From: Octopus vulgaris
Lineage: Eukaryota
Length of the DNA stretch: 64,000 bases
Direction of reading: 5' to 3'
NCBI GenBank assembly: GCA_951406725.2
Contig: OX597828.1
Location: 26,970,001-27,034,000 of the forward strand
Shown here: piece after piece, positions 58,113 to 64,000 of the stretch
Layout: every line of letters starts with the position of its first letter
Numbering within the stretch: position 1 is the stretch's first letter
Notes under the pieces: model-generated
Seen by the model: the letters and a program-made list of their open reading frames with translations, nothing else
What the model was told of the DNA's origin: nothing
Database searches by the model: none
Made by a program: the position numbers and the translations under genes

Positions 58113-59119
58113 ATTTTGCAGCTTTAATAAAAAGAATATTGCTCTACATTTGGTATCTGAGTACTATTTTTTCCACACCTTGTTTTGCACTTATGTGCTC
58201 ACCTCTACCTGTGTGTATATGTATATTTATATATATGTGTGTGTGTGTGTACGTAGGTATATGCATGTGTTTGTACATAGATGTTTATCATTATCACCAT
58301 CCACTTTTCCATGCTTGCATGGGTTGGGCAGATTTTATCGAGTCAGGATTTCTACGCCCAAATGCCCTTCCTCTCACCAAACTCCCTTGTTTCCAAGGAA
58401 AACAGTATTTTTCTCAAGCCGAAACATATAGGAATAAGTAGATTTCCTTGTGAATATTTGAATTAAATATTGAAATTGTTCCAGTTCCTTTGTCATTCCG
58501 CTTATTCCTTCTGCAACACTTGTAGTCTCTCATTATTTCTGTTTCAATAATGATTCACTTCAGCCAATGCTGCCCTGAAAAATAACATCAAGGTTGCTGT
58601 GAGCTTGTTGTTGCCAAAGTGGAATGGTTAAAGTTCCTCAAAGGCTCTCATAGACAAGTGAATGTTCTTAACAGTACAACTGAACTTTGTATGACAGATG
58701 ATCAAACTGGGTGACCCCTTTTCCCCACACACACACATACACACAACATTTTCTGACATTGCTAGGTCTCTAAGTGTATTTTGTCAAGGGTTATTGTTGT
58801 ACAGCCTAATAGAAAGATGGATATTGTCTTGGAAACTGGCCAGAATGCTAGGCATTTGTCATGTCTCTGCATTATAGAAATTATAAGTTCTTCTCACAGT
58901 GAGGGCCTGTTCTTGTATAACAAATGCTGTTGCATCTGTTATTTTTAGACTAAACTTATTCATCATCATCATCATCATCATCTCTTGGTGCTTGTGTGGA
59001 TTGGACAGAATTTATTGAGGCAGCAGTTTTTTTACAACTGGATGCTTTTCCTGTCACCAACCCACACTTGTTTCCAAGAAAAGTAATATTTCTCCATAGC
59101 CCGATATGTTTGCACAGAA

Positions 59120-59950
59120 TAATTATTTATTTATTGCCCACAGGGGGCTAAACATAGAGCAGACAAACAAACAAAGACAAAAGGATTAAGTCAATTCCAT
59201 TGACTCCAGTGCATAACTGGTACTTATTTAATCGACTCTGAAAGGATGACGGGCATAGTTGATCTCAGTGGAATTTGAACTCAGAAGGAAATACCGTGAA
59301 GCATTTTGCTTGGCATGTTAATGATTCTGCCAGCTTGCCGCCATAATGATGCCACTGCTATGCAATATGAAGACAAGGAGACACAAACAGACACAACATT
59401 CTGCTTTCAGTTTCTGTCTAACATATCCACTCGTAAGGCTTTGGACAGCTTGAAACCTTAGTAGAAGACACTTGCCAAGGTACCACAAAGTAGGACTGAA
59501 CCCAAAACCATGTCATGAGGAAGCAAACTGCCTAACCACTGAGCCACACTTGTAATAATAATAATAATATATTTCTTTACTACCCACAAGGGGCTAAACA
59601 CAGAGGGGACAAACAAGGACAGATGAACGGATTAAGTCGATTATATTGACCCCAGTGCGTAACTGGTACTTAATTTATCGACCCCGAAAGGATGAAAGGC
59701 AAAGTCGACCTCGGCGGAATTTGTAATAACAATAATAATAATAATAATAATTATGATAATGATAATAATATTAACAATGCTTTGTACGATTGGCACTAAG
59801 CCTGAAATATTGGGGGAGGTGGGTAAGTTGATTACATTGACCCCAGTGTGCAGCTGGTACTTATTTCATCGACTCCCCCTGAAGGATGAAAGTCGACCTT
59901 GACAGAATTTGAACATAAAGACAGATGAAATGCTGCCAAGCATTCTATCC
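59120..59950 (-). mobile_element. Cluster of three family C SINE copies (~59120-59345, ~59570-59723, ~59780-59950) interleaved with family A pieces and (AAT)n
   Basis: CCAGTG..CTGGTACTTA..ATCGAC..GAAAGGATGA recurs three times. Confidence 0.8.
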
Positions 59951-60396
59951 GAAGTTGCAGGATACGAAATCCACTCACAAGGTTTTGGTTGATCCCAGGC
60001 TATAGTAGGAGACACTGGCCCAAGGTGCTACATAGTGGGACTGAACCCAGAACTATGTGGTTGGGAAGCAAACTTCTTTCCACACAGCCATGCCTACACC
60101 TAAAGCATAGAACCCACCCTTCTACCCCTTGGTCAGGTGATCAAATCTGGGCCTTTTGATATCCCCAGTGACAGGCAGATATATGGAAATTTCAATTTCT
60201 ATCACTGTTAAAACAGGAAGTTTGTATCAAGGGACTAAGGACAGTTTCAGTGGAATCGGTATGAAAAGGGTTGAAAATATTTAGGGACTTGGAAGCGAGT
60301 TCAATGAACAGGCAGCTCACTTCATTGGACTGTCATGTACTGATTGTCAAAACTGATGGAGACTCCATTTGTAATAACTCACTGTGTGTGTGTATG

Positions 60397-60449
<53 letters not shown>

Positions 60450-60539
60450 ATATAGATTCAAATGAATGTGGTACTTAAGTTAGATGCACCAGAATTTTGT
60501 ATGGTGTTATCCATATAAATCCATGGGGTTATTATAATA

Positions 60540-60704
60540 AAAAATAAGCAACAAGAATAACTTCGGTAAGTTGGTACGATCGTTTCACACTACATCATTT
60601 TATTAAATATTTTAAAACTGTTGTAATACTTACAATATTTAATAAAATGATGTAGCGTGAAATGATCGTACCAAATTACTGAAGTTATTCTTGTTGCTTA
60701 TTTT

Positions 60705-60705
<1 letters not shown>
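60540..60705. repeat. Inverted repeat (foldback), ~72-bp arms, ~22-bp loop
   Basis: AAAAATAAGCAACAAGAATAACTTCGGTAAGTTGGTACGATCGTTTCACACTACATCATTTTATTAAATATT is mirrored with 4 differences. Confidence 0.95.
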
Positions 60706-60738
<33 letters not shown>

Positions 60739-61374
60739 GCACACATACATACAAATGCATACAGAAATGCGTATGCTTCATAGCAGTCTGTACTAAGTTT
60801 ATATATATATATATATATAAACATATATATACATCTGGTTTCTCAGAATCAACAATAAATTATTCAGAAATAGCCTTTCACTAAATAGATAGCAACAGAA
60901 TACATTGTCAGGAAGAACATGAAATGTTAACAGGACAACTTTATTAACATATGTAGACAAGTCTGCTGGCAGAGAGAGAGACAGACAGACAGAGAATGGG
61001 TGGACTGTATCCTGTATGCTGCTGTTTGGAACTGAACTCTTCTTTACAGCTTCAGTATTATCTTGGACCATCATTGTAGCATGCTAAAATGAAATGATAA
61101 CCTTTACAATGTAGATAGAGCATATGCACACACACACACACACGTATCTATGTCAAGAGAGAGAGCAAAGAAAAGAGATCTAATCACCCTGAAAGGTGGT
61201 GCTTTAGCCTCATTGGCTGAAACCAGTTAAAGATAAAAAATAGATATACATATATATGCTGTGTGTGTGTGTGTGTTCATATATATATATTTATTTATTT
61301 ATTATTAGGGATATATATATATATATCAACCCATGCTAGCATGGAAAGTGGACGTTAAGCGATGATGATAATGA

Positions 61375-61409
<35 letters not shown>

Positions 61410-62412
61410 TAGATAGATATTTATGAATTTTTGTTGCAAGATTCCTGATCTATGTATCTATGTATCTGTCTATTTATTTATGTGTGTGTGTGTATGTATG
61501 TATGTATCATCATTGTCATTTAATGTCCGCTTTCCATGCTGGCATGGGTTGGGCGGTTTGACGAACTGGTAAGCCGGCAGGTTACACCGGGCCTCAATCT
61601 GATTTGTATGTATATTGTCATTGTTTCATTGCGTATCCAACTCTCAGAGTGGTTGGCATTAGGAAGGGCATCCAGCTGTAGAAACTCTGCCAGATCAAAT
61701 TGAAGCCTGGTGCAGCTGCTGGTTTTCCAGACCTCAGTCAAACTGTCCAACCCATGCCAGCATGGAAAACAGGCGTTAAATGATGATGGTGATACTGATA
61801 TGATGATTGTAATATCTCAGTCAACTCAAACTTCAAAATAAAGTGGATTCCACTGTCAGTAATTTGATGCCACATCGATAAAAATTCTGTCGTTATTCTT
61901 AAACTAGTTTTAAAATATAAAATTTAATTTAACATTTCAATATATGTTCATTCATTCATGTATTTCTTGATTCATTTTACATCTTTTCTCCTGCTGGCAT
62001 TGGTTCAACAAATATATACTATTGAGACATTATGTTAAAGTTTGAATCCCTTATTTCCATCAGCCATCACCTATTTTTCAAATAAGAGTTATATTTCTAT
62101 TCCACTTGACTTCCAAAATGCAGAACTTCAGGATAGCATATACTTCTTTTCAACAGGTAGTGTCAACAGATGTCACCAATTTTTAGCTCAATACTTTTAT
62201 ACAAAGCACAGGGTGTAAACATTCTCATGTATGTATTTGTACATTTGACATGTATGTATTCATAGAAAAAACTTCTCAGCGTATTAAAGCTTATAGGATG
62301 CCTAACTTTGCATCTGGGACCTGAATTGATTTTTTTGCCACCCTTATTTTAGAAAGAAAAAGTGTGTCTGATATGTCATCACATATGGTAAAATGTCAAC
62401 AAGGTTGTGGAC

Positions 62413-62830
62413 ATCATCATCATCATCATCATCGTTTAGCGTCCACTTTCCATGCTAGCATGGGTTGGACGGTTCAACTGGAGTCTGAGAAGCCAGAAGG
62501 CTGCATCAGGCCCAGTCTGATCTGGCAATGTTTCTACGGCTGGATGCCCTTCCTAACGCCAACCGCTCCGTGAGTGTAGTGGGTGCTTTTTACGTGCCAC
62601 CGGCACAGGTACCAGACAGGGCTGCCAAATGGCCACAATTGGATGGTGCTTTTACGTGCCACCGGCACGGGGGCCAGGCGAGGCTGACAATGGCCACGAT
62701 CGGATGGTGCTTTTTACATGCCACCGGCACGAGGCCAGTCGGTACAGCGCTGGCAACGGCTACATTTGGATGGTTCTCTTACGTACCACCGGCACTGGTA
62801 TCACAGCTACAATTTCCATTGATGTTGATC
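62413..62830 (-). mobile_element. RTE LINE 3'UTR fragment with tandem units
   Basis: (CAT)n-CGTTTAGCGTCCACTTTCCATGCTAGC... and repeated GGATGGTGCTTTTACGTGCCACCGGCAC. Confidence 0.87.
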
Positions 62831-63359
62831 GATTTTGATTTTGATTTTTGACAAAAACAGAAAAATAGAACAAAAAGCAGAAAGAGTTCTTGCTATTCAT
62901 TTCGTATCTCTCTAGTCTTCGCTCTCTTCACCTTTTACACAATTGGACACGTTTGAAGATTAAAACATTTTTCTGGATTTCTTCAACAGATTCTTTAGTG
63001 TTAACCAGGAAGTTCCATTTGTTTTTTCGGTTTTCGTATCAGCTTCTGAATGAGAAAGAGTTAAACGTTGTTCCACAATACTATGCTCACTTGACCAATA
63101 GTGCAACCATGTATACATCTATATGAGTATATATGGGTGTATATATATATATATATATATATTTATACACATACACACACACGTGTTCATACATTCATAC
63201 ATACATACTCAAACTCTCTCTCCAATACTCATCGATCACTGGCATCACTTCTAATTGGTGATTTCCAGAAGATAGAATTTAGCCAAATTGATTGCCAATC
63301 TTTCTTGCTATCCCTCCCACACTACATGTCTTCTTTTCTCTTACTATCCCTCCCTCCCT

Positions 63360-63401
<42 letters not shown>

Positions 63402-63567
63402 TTACCAATTCCAAATCTCCAGCCAGCCCATCAACCACACCCTCTTTATAACAGTTCAATTATGGAATGCATCCATCCAAAGATGAATTACCATATTATT
63501 TTTTTAATATATATAATTTATCTCCTTATTTATTTTATTTCCTCATATACATGTGTGTGTGTGTGTC

Positions 63568-63609
<42 letters not shown>

Positions 63610-63823
63610 TATACACACACACACGCATACATGTATATATATATTCATGTGTATATATAATATACATACCATACGTGCACATACACACGCACACACATGC
63701 ATACATAGTTGTTTTTTTACTTTTTGACCATTCACCCCCTGACCTCCACCCCACCCATGCGGTTGACCAGTTTCTCATCGGTTAAATGTTTCTCATAACT
63801 TTGTTGAATATCTTTGTAGACAA

Positions 63824-63858
<35 letters not shown>

Positions 63859-64000
63859 CCACAACAACAGCAGAAGCAGTAATACATTTCTCCGAAATCC
63901 TTTATTTTTGCGTGTTTGTGTTTATGCATCTCTATCCATATGTGTGTGTGCGGTATACAAACGCACGCATACCTACACATACTCATTAATTAGACCTTAG

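Overview
Eukaryotic, AT-rich, microsatellite-saturated DNA with no recognisable intact host protein-coding gene. The repeat content (CORE-type tRNA SINEs with internal (TA)/(TG) tracts, RTE and Dong/R4 LINE relics, hAT and Tc1/mariner relics) looks like an Octopus genome; this is pattern recognition, not a database hit. Almost all ORFs in the supplied track are microsatellite or SINE read-throughs. A ~9.1 kb segment occurs twice (8721-17858 and 17959-27089) with both inner ends at a 100-N gap, probably an uncollapsed haplotype overlap. The most interesting signals are RNA-level. (i) Several sequence-unrelated minimal type I hammerhead-ribozyme folds with palindromic stem III, as in Penelope-like elements: one with a fully canonical core (58057-58112), one at 6460-6510, and a pair with the compensatory U3-A8 core in the two arms of a ~390 bp foldback (10040-10433). 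(ii) A near-consensus recursive-splice-site candidate (branch point, polypyrimidine tract, CAG|GTAAGT at 7001-7009) followed by a 105-nt cryptic exon with stops in all frames, suggesting part of the window is a long plus-strand intron. Repeat boundaries were read by eye and are approximate unless exact motifs are quoted.
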